Shown here one piece after another: positions 1 to 10,008 of a DNA stretch of 64,000 nucleotides. The DNA is from Chthonomonadales bacterium (GTDB taxonomy: Bacteria; Armatimonadota; Chthonomonadetes; Chthonomonadales; CAJBBX01), in the NCBI GenBank assembly GCA_049967475.1, contig JBMFSQ010000010.1, forward strand, positions 44,788 through 108,787, written 5' to 3'. Position numbers and translations under genes: made by a program. Numbering within the stretch: the first letter of the stretch is position 1; every line of letters starts with the position of its first letter. A model generated the notes under the pieces. The model saw only the letters and a program-made list of their open reading frames with translations, searched no databases and had not been told where the DNA came from.

Positions 1-44
1 GCCGTCGCCCTTTGCGCCGACGGCCTGCTCTTTTACCGGCGGGA

Positions 45-542
45 TTACAGGTTCCGGATGATGATGTCTGCACTGGCAGGATCTAGCTGAGACATATCCG
101 GAAACTGGTACCGGTTGCCGTGAATGTCCGTCACCAAGACGCGCCCGCCGGGCAGCTCCAGCAAATTGTCTCGCAGGTTGCGGGCGATTACCTGGGTTTC
201 GCCGCGATCCGTTTGAACGTGCCAATACACCGTGCCGAATTCCTCGCGAACGGATACCACCGAGCAAACCACCGGCACAAAATAGCGCAATTCGATCTCT
301 TCGGCTATGATGCGCTGGGATTGCTCATCCAATTCCGCGGGGTTCTCGATGAGGCCGATGTCCTTGTTTGCTCCATCCAGAAAGGCGATCCACCGATTAG
401 GATCGGACACGGGGAAGGCCCGATACACCTGAACGAAGCGGTAGGAACGATCATCCTTCAGCGTAAGGCGCGTCACGCCTCCGGCTCGCAAGAGTTGAAC
501 GGACCGTGGCGACAGGATGCGCAGCTCGTACTGTTCCGGCAT
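45..542 (-). CDS. DUF1854 family protein (ABC-exporter-associated)
   Basis: 165-aa ORF. The purine-rich SD AAGGAGGAAGAGG ends 6 nt upstream of the ATG at 542. It lies 62 nt downstream of the fused ABC gene on the same strand. I recognise the sequence as the DUF1854 family, which is typically encoded next to such an exporter (recollection, not searched). Confidence 0.8.
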   Translation of the reverse strand: MPEQYELRILSPRSVQLLRAGGVTRLTLKDDRSYRFVQVYRAFPVSDPNRWIAFLDGANKDIGLIENPAELDEQSQRIIAEEIELRYFVPVVCSVVSVREEFGTVYWHVQTDRGETQVIARNLRDNLLELPGGRVLVTDIHGNRYQFPDMSQLDPASADIIIRNL

Positions 543-604
543 CGGTTGCCTCTTCCTCCTTGATAACCTCGCCGCCGTTAAAGATTGCGCTTCGGGCTAT
601 GGGG

Positions 605-2887
605 CTAAACCGCTCGGATGCGGTTTACTTCCGTTTGAATTTGCACCAGATGCGCATAAACGCCGTTGAGCTCCATCAGCTCATCGTGCGTGCCGCACTC
701 CACCATTTTGCCTTCTTGGAGCACCACCAATCGGGACGCATGGCGGAGTGTGCTCAGGCGGTGGGCGATGGCAAAGGTGGTGCGGTTCTGAACAAGGCGT
801 GCGATCGCTTCCTGGATGAGCTGCTCGGTTTCTGTGTCCACGCTCGCGGTCGCCTCATCCAATATCAGGATGCGCGGATCGTGCAAGATCGCCCGGGCGA
901 TGGAGATGCGCTGGCGCTCTCCTCCGGAAAGGCGCTGCCCCCGCTCGCCCACCTGGGTGTCGTACCCGTCCGCAAAGCGCAGGATGAATTCGTGGGCGTT
1001 GGCGGCCTTGGCTGCCCGCATGATCTCGCGGTCTGTGGCTCCGGGCTTGGCGTAGGCGATGTTCTCACGGATCGTACCTGGAAACAGAAACGGTTCCTGA
1101 AGAACGATCCCGAGCTGCCTGCGAAAATCCTCCTGCCGGATGCGGCGGATATCCACGCCATCCACCAGGATCGCTCCCTCGGTAACATCGTAGAAGCGCG
1201 CCAAAAGGTTGATCACGGTGGTTTTCCCAGCACCCGTAGGACCCACCAGACCGATCATCTCGCCGGCCTCTACCTTGAGGCTGAAATCCTCCAGAACGCG
1301 GCGGGCCTTGTCATACGTAAAGCTCACGTGGTCGAACTCAACTTCCCCTCGGATGCGGGGCATGGCAACGGCAGCAGCAACGTCACGCACGTCGGGCTCC
1401 GTGTCCAACACTTCGAACACACGCTCAGCCGCAGTCATGGACCGCGTGGACCAATCCAGCGCCCGGCTGAAATTCTGGAATGGCGCATAGAATTGCATCA
1501 GGTATCCGCTGAAGGCCGTGAGCGTGCCCAAGGTCATAGTGCCATGAAGAACCTGATATCCCCCGGCCAGCCAGATGATATAGGACCCCACGGACATGAG
1601 CAGACCCAGTAGGGGGAAATAGACCGCCCACATGGCGTTCGCCGCGAAGCTTGCCTCGAACACACGCCGGTTGCGATCCGTAAAGCGGCGGTTCTCCCGA
1701 TCCTCCTGGGCAAACGCCTTGATCACCTTGATACCGCTCAGAGCGCTGTTGAGCGCCGAGTACATCTTGCTGATGCGGTGCCACACCATGCGAAAGCGCC
1801 GCCGCGCCCGAGGCATGAACCATCGCGTAAGAATGAAGATGAGCGGCGCCGGCGCCAACAAATAGAACGCCAGGCGCGCGTTCATCCGAAACAACACAAA
1901 GCTGGTAAAGCCCAGCGAAAGCACGTTTGTGAGGAGCCACGGCGCCCCATCGGTCAAAAAGTCCCAAAGGTTGTCTGCGTCATTGGTGATGCGCGCCATG
2001 ACGCTTCCCGTGGACCTTTTGTCGAAGTACGCCAGGGAGAGCCGCGTCAGCCGCGTGAAAATGGCGATGCGGATATCCATCAGGGTGCGGGCCCCCAGCC
2101 ATGCGCTGATGCGCCGACCGGCGTACTGGAGGCCGCCGGCCACCAACCGAACGATCGCCATCAATCCCACGAGGATGGCAATGCGGATCATGGTAGGCCC
2201 TGGAGTGTGCCTCCCGGTCACCAAAGCATCCACGATGCGGCCGCCGATGTAAGGAGGGGCGAGGTCCGTAAGGCTCGTACCTACCAGGATTACCAAGCCT
2301 GCCGCCACCACGAGTTTGTAGGGCCTCAGGAACTGAAAGAGCCTCAGCAGAACGGCACGCTTGTTGATGCACGCCTTGCATACGTCGCTGTCTTCGGGAA
2401 GCACGCGCCCGCATTTGGGGCAGAACGTTTGGCGATCCTTCGCCTCTTCCCATTTAGGCGCTTCGTGGCGCAGGAGCGTTGTGATTTGGCGGGCACAGAT
2501 GTTCGCGTCGCTTACGAGCGCCTGAGAATAGCGCACAAGGGGGATCGTCTCAGCATCTGTGCGCACCTTGAGGAGGCCGTTCCCAACATAGAAATCCGCC
2601 GTCACTTCCCGAACACGGTCGAGGGGGATCGCGGTTTTGAGCAAAGCTTCCCCTCCGCCGTTGGGCGTGAACACGTAGAGGTATCCCCGCCGAACCACGA
2701 GCCATTCACGACCAAACTTGCCGGAATGGTCCAGATCGGTGGCGAATGCAAGCACATGTGAAGCCTCTTCGGCCCCGTCCGCAGCATCAACGTCCGCCAT
2801 TGGAGGGTCGGCATCCATATTGCCGGCCAGACGAAGAGATCGGAGGCTGTGCTCAACCTCCTGGGGTAGCTCGTCGAGAAGTGCCAT
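605..2887 (-). CDS. Fused ABC transporter permease/ATP-binding protein with N-terminal PH-like plus zinc-ribbon extension
   Basis: 760-aa ORF. Motifs seen: Walker A GPTGAGKTT, ABC signature LSGGERQR, Walker B ILILDEATS. The central region is hydrophobic with multiple TM helices. A ~180-aa N-terminal cytoplasmic extension ends in CPKCGRVLPEDSDVCKAC. Confidence 0.9.
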   Translation of the reverse strand: MALLDELPQEVEHSLRSLRLAGNMDADPPMADVDAADGAEEASHVLAFATDLDHSGKFGREWLVVRRGYLYVFTPNGGGEALLKTAIPLDRVREVTADFYVGNGLLKVRTDAETIPLVRYSQALVSDANICARQITTLLRHEAPKWEEAKDRQTFCPKCGRVLPEDSDVCKACINKRAVLLRLFQFLRPYKLVVAAGLVILVGTSLTDLAPPYIGGRIVDALVTGRHTPGPTMIRIAILVGLMAIVRLVAGGLQYAGRRISAWLGARTLMDIRIAIFTRLTRLSLAYFDKRSTGSVMARITNDADNLWDFLTDGAPWLLTNVLSLGFTSFVLFRMNARLAFYLLAPAPLIFILTRWFMPRARRRFRMVWHRISKMYSALNSALSGIKVIKAFAQEDRENRRFTDRNRRVFEASFAANAMWAVYFPLLGLLMSVGSYIIWLAGGYQVLHGTMTLGTLTAFSGYLMQFYAPFQNFSRALDWSTRSMTAAERVFEVLDTEPDVRDVAAAVAMPRIRGEVEFDHVSFTYDKARRVLEDFSLKVEAGEMIGLVGPTGAGKTTVINLLARFYDVTEGAILVDGVDIRRIRQEDFRRQLGIVLQEPFLFPGTIRENIAYAKPGATDREIMRAAKAANAHEFILRFADGYDTQVGERGQRLSGGERQRISIARAILHDPRILILDEATASVDTETEQLIQEAIARLVQNRTTFAIAHRLSTLRHASRLVVLQEGKMVECGTHDELMELNGVYAHLVQIQTEVNRIRAV

Positions 2888-2971
2888 CGTGTCTATTCAT
2901 CAGGCGATGAAGCACGCTGCAGCCGATCGCCTGTCACGCAAAACCCATCAAACCGACGCACGTCAGCGCGG

Positions 2972-4351
2972 CTATTTGCTTATCTTGCCGTTACCGACAT
3001 CCAAAACGATCGTAGAGATCAATGCATCCGGAAGCTGCTCCGGCAGCCGGATCTGCACACCCGCGCGGGTGACCCTTACCGGAAGCTTGCGCACAGGATC
3101 CTCGAGAAACCACGCGCCCCGAACCGTCCCCTCGATGGGTGGGATCTCCACCTTGTCTCCTGGCCGCCGGTACAGATGCACATAGAGCTTGCCAGGCTTG
3201 GACGTACAGGCTCCCCAATCGAACTTCTGCGGAAAGAACGGACTGGGGCCCGCGCCATAAATCGCTTCACCATTCCGCGCAAGCCAGCGCCCCATCTGAA
3301 CTAGACGGTCCTGCATCACCACTGGTATCCGCCCATCTGCCGTAGGGCCTACATCTAAGAGAAGGTTCCCGCCGGCGCTCACCGTGTCCACGAGAAGATG
3401 AAGAAGGTCCGCAGCCGAACGGTAATCATCTATGTTCTCGTTGCGGTTATAGCCGTAGGAGGCCCCCATTCCGCGGTTCTCCTCCCACGCGTGCCCCGGC
3501 TTGGCCTTGAAATCGGTGGCGCCGCCATATTCCGTGGTGTAATACCCGCCGTGCTTGCCTCGAGTTTCCTTGCCCCATCGGTCATTCACAACCAGATCCG
3601 GTCCACAACCGCTTTCGTTGTAAAGCCATGCCAGAAGTTCGGGGGAATGCCATTCTTCGGAAGTGTGTTCCCATTCACCGTCCGCGAAGATTACCGAAGG
3701 CCTGTATCGGGTAACCACGTCCTTGAACTGGGGAAAGAAATGCTCATCGCGGTACCGAGGAAAGTCGCTGCGGTAGAGCGGGTTATACCACTCGTAGAGC
3801 GAGTAGTAGATCCCCATACGCAACCCCTTGGCTCGGACTGCCTGGGCGAGGTCTCCCAGCAAATCGCGGTGGGGTCCTGTGCTTACACTGTTCCATGGGT
3901 GCCCCCAGGTGCGGTCGGCCTCGGCGCTGGGCCACAGGCAGAAACCTTCATGGTGCTTCGAGGTGAGTACCACGTAACGGGCACCGCTGCGGGCAAAGAT
4001 ATCCGCCCATTGTTGCGGGTCGAAAAGCTCGGCCTTGAACAAAGGCGCAAAAGCTGTATAGGGGAAATCCGCGCCATACACGCGCTCATGAAACTTCCAC
4101 GTGGGGCCGTTGTGATCCTGCATGGCATTCCAGTACCACTCTGCGTAGCTCCCCTTCGGCCCCCACGCCGGCACGGAATAGACACCCCAGTGAATGAAGA
4201 TGCCGAATTTCGCGTCCGTAAACCATCGGGGGATTGGGCGGGCATCAAGTGAGGCCCAATTGGGCGTGTACGGACCATCGCCGGCGGCGGCCGCGCCTGC
4301 GCCGGCAAACGCCCACACCATCAAAAGACAACCAAATATGGCTTCCCTCAT
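2972..4351 (-). CDS. alpha-L-fucosidase, GH29 family, secreted
   Basis: 459-aa ORF with signal-peptide-like N-terminus MREAIFGCLLMVWAFAGAGAAAA. GH29-type motifs FGIFIHWGVYSVPAW and SKHHEGFCLWPS are present. Confidence 0.9.
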   Translation of the reverse strand: MREAIFGCLLMVWAFAGAGAAAAGDGPYTPNWASLDARPIPRWFTDAKFGIFIHWGVYSVPAWGPKGSYAEWYWNAMQDHNGPTWKFHERVYGADFPYTAFAPLFKAELFDPQQWADIFARSGARYVVLTSKHHEGFCLWPSAEADRTWGHPWNSVSTGPHRDLLGDLAQAVRAKGLRMGIYYSLYEWYNPLYRSDFPRYRDEHFFPQFKDVVTRYRPSVIFADGEWEHTSEEWHSPELLAWLYNESGCGPDLVVNDRWGKETRGKHGGYYTTEYGGATDFKAKPGHAWEENRGMGASYGYNRNENIDDYRSAADLLHLLVDTVSAGGNLLLDVGPTADGRIPVVMQDRLVQMGRWLARNGEAIYGAGPSPFFPQKFDWGACTSKPGKLYVHLYRRPGDKVEIPPIEGTVRGAWFLEDPVRKLPVRVTRAGVQIRLPEQLPDALISTIVLDVGNGKISK

Positions 4352-4440
4352 CGGCTCCTCTCCCTAACCCCTTGCAGGTTCTGCTTCAGTGCGATTGTAC
4401 CCGACCCTGCCCTCGCTGCGCCCGCGTGGGCACCGGGAGT

Positions 4441-4470
4441 TTGACACCAAGCGCCGTCTTGCGGTACCAT
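4441..4470 (+). promoter_or_regulatory. Candidate sigma-70-type promoter TTGACA-N18-TACCAT
   Basis: TTGACA at 4441-4446 and TACCAT at 4465-4470, about 75 nt upstream of the ATG at 4545. It sits in the divergent intergenic region between the fucosidase and TIM-barrel genes. Confidence 0.35.
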
Positions 4471-4544
4471 ACGGCGATGCAGCGTTGCCCCCGGCCTAAT
4501 CCGGCGGTATTAGCGCTGCGCCGCTCTCCCGGGGAGCATCCCAG

Positions 4545-5386
4545 ATGAAGCTCTGTGCCATCACCGACGAGATCTCGCAAGACTTTGAACACGCCCTGGA
4601 CGTTCTCCGCGAATACGGCGCCCATCATGCCGAGCTTCGCGGATTGTGGGGGCGCAACATCTCAGAGCTCGACGACGCACAAGTGAGCCGGGCCCAAGAA
4701 GCGCTGAGGGCACGTGAGATGAACGTAGCGTGCCTGGCCTCCCCTTTCTACAAGTGCGATCTGGACACTGACGAAGCGGCCGTGAGGGGACGGATGCACC
4801 TGGCTCAAGCCCGGCCCCGCGCGGAACAGATGGAGATGCTCCGCCGATGCGCCGACCTCGCCCATCGCTTCGGTACGCGTCTCATCCGCGTGTTTACCTT
4901 CTGGCGCAAAGGGGAGTGACCCCAGAAGTGGAGGCACGCATCATCGAAGCCTTCCAGGAACCCATCAGGATTGCCAAAGAGGAAGGCGTGGTCCTCGCTC
5001 TAGAGAATGAACACGCCTGCTTCGTCGGAACCGGAGCGGAAGCGGCACGCATCCTTCGTGCGATGGACACTCCCTTCGTCCGCGCCTGCTGGGACCCCGG
5101 CAATGCGTTCGCCGCCGGTGAGGTGCCCTATCCCAACGGATACGCAGAAGTACGGCCCTTCGTGGTTCATGTGCACGTAAAGGATGGTGTCCGAACGAAC
5201 GGAGACACCAAATGGTGTGTGGTGGGCCAAGGGCAGGTGGATTACCGGGGTCAGTTCGCAGCGCTTCGGGAAGATGGGTACGAAGGGGCAGTGTCCCTGG
5301 AGACGCACTATGTGCCTGAAGGCGGAACTCCGGAGATGGGGTCCCGCCTGTGCCTTGCGGCCCTTCGCCAACTGATAGGGGATTAG
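4545..5386 (+). pseudogene. Sugar phosphate isomerase/epimerase (xylose-isomerase-like TIM barrel) interrupted by a frameshift near 4910-4919
   Basis: Two track ORFs (4545..4919 and 4847..5386) together make one ~279-aa TIM-barrel protein. The N-terminal part ends ...RLIRVFTFWRKGE-stop. The C-terminal part continues in the -1 frame as VTPEVEARIIEAF...LALENEH...VHVKD. The junction lies at a GGGG run (aaaggggagtga), so this is either a 1-nt deletion or an assembly error. Confidence 0.65.
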
Positions 5387-5393
5387 TTTCAGC

Positions 5394-7124
5394 ATGCCCA
5401 AACGCTATACATCCAGCCGCGGTGTAGGATCCATCACGTATTGGCGGAAGTTCGCCGAACACCGCCTCGTATACTTGCTCATCGCAGCCGTCTTCGCATT
5501 CGGTCTCGTGGCCTATTTCGGCTCCGGCCCCATGAGCGGCGTGGCGGGCCGGGCGGCCGGGGCTCAGGCATCGCAGATCATCGCCACGGTAAACGGCGAA
5601 GATATCCCCCGCAGCGCCTATGACCGGCAATGGGACCAGATGAAGACGTATCTCGGCTCCGGAAACGAGGTCCAGGCCGTGTCCATGCAGGGCATGATCC
5701 TCAACAGCCTCATTGACCAAGCCATCATGCGCGCTGCAGCCAAGAAGCGCGGCTTTACTGTGTCCGACGAAATGGTAGACAAGGCCATCGCGGATATGAA
5801 GAAGGGACCGGACGGCAAACCCGTTCCCGAAGCCGATTTCGAACAAATGTTGCAGCGGCAAGGCCTCACCCTGGACGACCTCCGCCAACAGCTCAAGACA
5901 GACCTACTGGCCAAGGTCCTGCAAGACAACATCATACAGAGCCAAAAGGTCACCGAACAGGATCTCCTCCAGCAATACCAGGAGGCGCGCGTGCGCCATA
6001 TCCTCATCTCTACCTCCAAGCTTCCCGACGAGCAGGCGCGGCGCAAAGCGGAGAAGATCTATGAGGAGATCAAAGCCGGCAAAGACTTTGCCGCGCTCGC
6101 CAACCAGTTCTCCGACGACCCCAGCAATAAACCCCAAAAGTGGGATCCCAAGCTCAAGAAGGAGGTTCCGGCTGGACCACCCAAGGGCGGCGAACTGGGC
6201 TGGGCTCCTCTGAGCCGATACGTTCCCGAGTTTGCTGATGCCATACGCAAGTTGAAACCCGGCGAGGTGTCTCCTCCCGTAAAGACACAGTTCGGGTACC
6301 ACATCATACAGCTCGAGGCCCCCATCCGCGAAAATCTCCCTAAAGATTTTGAGAAGAACAAGGCGCGCCTTCTGGAGGACCTCAAGCGGCAGAAGGGGCA
6401 GCAAGCCCTCATGAAATTCATGGATGAAGCGCGCAAAACGGCTAAGATCGTTTGGCACGATCCGAGCCTGCAATGGCGCTACGATTATGCCCGGAGCAAC
6501 CCCAACGCCATGATGATGGGCGGCGCCATCCCCACCGGCAACCAAGAACAGCTTCTGCAAGAGCTTCGCCAATACGTTGCCAAGAACCCAGACGACGGCG
6601 CCGCCGACATCATCCTCGGCCAGATGCTGTACCCGCAGTACATCGTTGCTCCGCCGGGTCCCCAGCGTGACAAACTGCGGGATGAGATTATCAAATACTA
6701 TGCCGCCGGCCTCCAGCGCACGGAAGATCCCGAAGTACGCATGGCTCTGGCAGCACTATACCTGGACGCCAAGAAACCGCAAGAGGCGCTGAAGGTGTAC
6801 CAGACCCAGCAACGCCTTCTAAGGTGGGACGACACCCCTGCATCAAAGCCCATGCATGTACGCCTGGAACGCGCATTCAAGGACTTGGGACGTCCCGATT
6901 TGGCGGCCGAAGAGGCAAAGCGCATCGAACAGTTAACAGAACAGGAGAAGAAATCACAGGCTGAGGCCAAGGCCCGCGCCGCGGCCGAAAAAGCAGCAAA
7001 GGCTCCAAGCGGCGCCCAATCACCGACGTCGGCGGCTGAGGGCACGACGAAGCAGGCTGCAGGCGCCCCTTCGCATGCTCCGGCCACGCCGGAAGCATCG
7101 AAACCCGGCGCCAACGCACCGTAG
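5394..7124 (+). CDS. Peptidyl-prolyl cis-trans isomerase, parvulin type (SurA/PpiD/PrsA-like), membrane anchored
   Basis: 576-aa ORF with an N-terminal TM helix (LVYLLIAAVFAFGLVAYF). The rotamase core is VRHILIS...GGELGW...FGYHIIQL. The C-terminal tail is low-complexity and rich in Ala, Lys and Pro. Confidence 0.85.
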   Translation: MPKRYTSSRGVGSITYWRKFAEHRLVYLLIAAVFAFGLVAYFGSGPMSGVAGRAAGAQASQIIATVNGEDIPRSAYDRQWDQMKTYLGSGNEVQAVSMQGMILNSLIDQAIMRAAAKKRGFTVSDEMVDKAIADMKKGPDGKPVPEADFEQMLQRQGLTLDDLRQQLKTDLLAKVLQDNIIQSQKVTEQDLLQQYQEARVRHILISTSKLPDEQARRKAEKIYEEIKAGKDFAALANQFSDDPSNKPQKWDPKLKKEVPAGPPKGGELGWAPLSRYVPEFADAIRKLKPGEVSPPVKTQFGYHIIQLEAPIRENLPKDFEKNKARLLEDLKRQKGQQALMKFMDEARKTAKIVWHDPSLQWRYDYARSNPNAMMMGGAIPTGNQEQLLQELRQYVAKNPDDGAADIILGQMLYPQYIVAPPGPQRDKLRDEIIKYYAAGLQRTEDPEVRMALAALYLDAKKPQEALKVYQTQQRLLRWDDTPASKPMHVRLERAFKDLGRPDLAAEEAKRIEQLTEQEKKSQAEAKARAAAEKAAKAPSGAQSPTSAAEGTTKQAAGAPSHAPATPEASKPGANAP

Positions 7125-7126
7125 CG

Positions 7127-8020
7127 GTGCAATACTGCGGCCGATGCCTATCCCACCCAATGCTCATCATCAATCCCTATCCGACCCAAATCACGCGATG
7201 GCTGCGCGGCAATCTCCATGCACACACCAACCAGAGCGACGGGGTGCTGGAGCCGGCGGAATTGGTTGCCGCCTATGAAGCGCTCGGATACGACTTTCTA
7301 GCGGTGTCGGATCACGACCGCATCACCCCTTTAGCGGACTTGCGGCCCCGAACACGCATGGTGCTCATCGAGGGCGAGGAAGTGGGCGGCGGCCCTCACA
7401 CGCTTGCAATCCATGTCCATAGCCGTATAGATCCCAGAATGGCACGACAGGACGTGCTTCGCGAGGCGGCCAAACAGGGGGGCATCACGATCCTGAACCA
7501 TCCCAATTGGGGCGTCACCTTCAGCCATTGGCCCCATTCGGTCGTGGAAGCCCTCACCGCCTACACAGGCATCGAGATCTACAATGCAGTGATAGACCTG
7601 TTGGAGGGTTCGAGCCTGGCTACAGACCGCTGGGACCGCATCCTCTCTTCGGGCGTACGCGCCTGGGGCTTCGCCAATGACGACGCGCACCACCCAGAAG
7701 ATATCGGCAGGGCGTGGATCCAGGTTGCCGCAGAGGAACCAACGGTTCAAGCCATCCTAACGGCGATTCAGTCCGGGAGCTTCTACGCCTCCACGGGCGT
7801 CACCATCCAGCACCTCGCTGTGGAAGGGCGCACCATCGTCATCCACGCTCTTGATTGCCAGCGCTTCCGCTTTGTAGGACGGCACGGCGCTGTCCGCTCC
7901 TTCGCCGATGGCCCAACGGCCCGCTACACCCCATCCGGGGATGAGGGGTATGTGCGCATCGAGTGTTACGGCTGCGGCGATGCATTCGCTTGGACCCAGC
8001 CCTTCTGGATCGAAGCGTGA
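7127..8020 (+). CDS. PHP-domain (CehA/McbA-like) metal-dependent phosphoesterase
   Basis: 297-aa ORF with motifs WLRGNLHAHTNQSDG, AVSDHD and NDDAHH. The GTG at 7127 is 3 nt after the upstream stop; an alternative ATG at 7160 is possible. Confidence 0.75.
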   Translation: MQYCGRCLSHPMLIINPYPTQITRWLRGNLHAHTNQSDGVLEPAELVAAYEALGYDFLAVSDHDRITPLADLRPRTRMVLIEGEEVGGGPHTLAIHVHSRIDPRMARQDVLREAAKQGGITILNHPNWGVTFSHWPHSVVEALTAYTGIEIYNAVIDLLEGSSLATDRWDRILSSGVRAWGFANDDAHHPEDIGRAWIQVAAEEPTVQAILTAIQSGSFYASTGVTIQHLAVEGRTIVIHALDCQRFRFVGRHGAVRSFADGPTARYTPSGDEGYVRIECYGCGDAFAWTQPFWIEA

Positions 8021-8033
8021 GGCCCGGATCCCC

Positions 8034-8972
8034 ATGCCCGGCACTCTGTACATCGTAGCGACCCCTATCGGAAACCTGAAGGATATCACCCTTCGCGCAC
8101 TCGAAGTGCTGGCGAACGTAGAACTGATTGTCGCCGAAGACACCCGGGTCACCCGAAAGCTCCTCAGCCATTACACCATCCACAAACAGATGCTGTCGCT
8201 CCATGCATATTCGCCAGAGGATCGAACACGGGAGATCATCCGGCGGCTCCAGGAGGGGATCAATGTGGCCCTCGTGGCCGACGCCGGCACCCCACTGCTC
8301 TCGGATCCAGGCGCCCTTCTTGCAGCAGAGGCCGCTTCTACCGGCGTGCGGGTCGTTCCGATCCCTGGGCCGAGTGCCATCACGGCAGCGCTCGCCGCGT
8401 GCGGCCTCCCCATCACGCGGTTTGCCTTCGACGGCTTCCCGCCCCGCCGAAAGGGAGACCGACGCACCTTCTTCCAACGTCTTCGATCCGAAGGGCGCGC
8501 CGTCGTACTCTTTGAAGCCCCAGGCCGCCTCGTCCAAACCCTTGAGGATCTGTACCAAGCCCTCGGCGACCGCGACGTGGCGGTTGCGCGCGAGCTCACC
8601 AAGGTCCATGAGGAGATCTTTCGGGGGTCCCTACCAGACGCTATCGCCCATTTCGCAGCATCCCAGGTTCGCGGCGAGTGCACCATCGTCGTGGCGCCCC
8701 CGGTCACGCAACAGCCGCCTGCGTCCGATGAAGCCGCGGCGCTGACGCAGCTCACCACTAAGCTTGCTGAGGGCGTCACCCTGCGAAGCGCGGTGGACGA
8801 GGTGTCCGAGGTCTTCGGGATCCCCAAGAAGAAGATCTACGCAGCCGCGCTGAACGCACGAAAGGCACGCGCCGGCGGGCTGCGCCGAGAAGTGGAAACG
8901 GGCGCCGAAGGCCCGCCAGTACCCACCGTTGAACCCTGTGAAGCCAGCCATGGAGGGAGCAGAAAAAAATGA
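8034..8972 (+). CDS. rsmI: 16S rRNA (cytidine1402-2'-O)-methyltransferase
   Basis: Start re-set to the ATG at 8034 (MPGTLYIVATPIGNLKDITLRALEVL, the typical RsmI N-terminus). The tetrapyrrole-methylase fold motif SDAGTPLLSDPG is present. The stop overlaps the galE start (ATGA at 8969-8972). Confidence 0.9.
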   Translation: MPGTLYIVATPIGNLKDITLRALEVLANVELIVAEDTRVTRKLLSHYTIHKQMLSLHAYSPEDRTREIIRRLQEGINVALVADAGTPLLSDPGALLAAEAASTGVRVVPIPGPSAITAALAACGLPITRFAFDGFPPRRKGDRRTFFQRLRSEGRAVVLFEAPGRLVQTLEDLYQALGDRDVAVARELTKVHEEIFRGSLPDAIAHFAASQVRGECTIVVAPPVTQQPPASDEAAALTQLTTKLAEGVTLRSAVDEVSEVFGIPKKKIYAAALNARKARAGGLRREVETGAEGPPVPTVEPCEASHGGSRKK

Positions 8973-9940
8973 TCCTCGTTACCGGCGGCGCCGGATATAT
9001 TGGCAGCCACTACGTTCTGTACGAACGTGAGCGTGGTGAAGAAGTAGTCGTTCTAGACAACCTGATCTACGGACACGCCGAGGCAGTGATGGATGCCCAC
9101 TTGATCGTGGGAGATGTGGGAGATCGGCAGCTTTTGGACACGGTTTTTTCCGCGTATCCCATTACGGCGGTGGTTCACTTCGCAGCCTTCGCCTCCGTTC
9201 CCGAGTCTGTGGCTCAACCGCACAAGTACTACGGCAACAATGTAGTGAGCACGTTTACTCTTCTAGAAGCCATGCGGGCGCACAACGTACGCCACCTGGT
9301 GTTCTCCTCGTCTGCGGCAACCTTCGGCAACCCCAGGTACACCCCTATAGACGAAGCCCACCCGCAGAGCCCGATCAACCCATACGGCGAAAGCAAGCAA
9401 ATGAGTGAACGGATGATGGCTGCTTACGATCATGCCTTTGGCCTGCGCTTCGTGTCCCTGCGTTACTTCAATGCAGCCGGAGCCGATCCAAAAGCACGCA
9501 TCGGCGAGAGCCACGACCCCGAGAACCACCTCATCCCCATCATTCTCCAGGTGGCAGCAGGGAAAAGAGAGTGCGTGAATGTCTACGGCACCGACTACGA
9601 CACGCCCGACGGGAGCTGCATTAGGGACTATGTGCACATATTGGATCTGGCCCAAGCGCATGCGAGGGCTCTGGACGCATTGCGAGCTGGGGCGCCGAGT
9701 GCCTTTTACAATTTGGGCTCCGAACACGGCTATTCCGTGAGAGAGGTCATTCGGAAGTGCGAACAAGTCACCGGCCGACCCATCAAAGCCGTGGATGCAC
9801 CGCGGAGGCCCGGAGATCCGGCCGTCCTGGTTGCCAGTTCCGCCAAAGCCCGGTCGGAACTCGGCTGGCAACCCCGCTTCCAGGATCTGGACGAGATCGT
9901 CGAAACTGCGTGGAACTGGGAGCTTAACCGAAGATATTGA
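8969..9940 (+). CDS. galE: UDP-glucose 4-epimerase
   Basis: 323-aa ORF with Rossmann motif MILVTGGAGYIGSH, catalytic YGESK and the typical GalE C-terminal region. Confidence 0.9.
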   Translation: MILVTGGAGYIGSHYVLYERERGEEVVVLDNLIYGHAEAVMDAHLIVGDVGDRQLLDTVFSAYPITAVVHFAAFASVPESVAQPHKYYGNNVVSTFTLLEAMRAHNVRHLVFSSSAATFGNPRYTPIDEAHPQSPINPYGESKQMSERMMAAYDHAFGLRFVSLRYFNAAGADPKARIGESHDPENHLIPIILQVAAGKRECVNVYGTDYDTPDGSCIRDYVHILDLAQAHARALDALRAGAPSAFYNLGSEHGYSVREVIRKCEQVTGRPIKAVDAPRRPGDPAVLVASSAKARSELGWQPRFQDLDEIVETAWNWELNRRY

Positions 9941-10008
9941 GCCGCTGAATGCAAGGCAGCGCCGTGCATTCAAAACACCGCAATGCGGCACACCTTCCGG
10001 CTTGCAGG

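Noticed and set aside
4908-4919. Programmed -1 ribosomal frameshifting as the explanation for the split TIM-barrel gene.
   Set aside because: There is no canonical X XXY YYZ slippery heptamer in the zero frame (cgc aaa ggg gag) and no obvious downstream pseudoknot. An indel at the G4 run is the simpler explanation.
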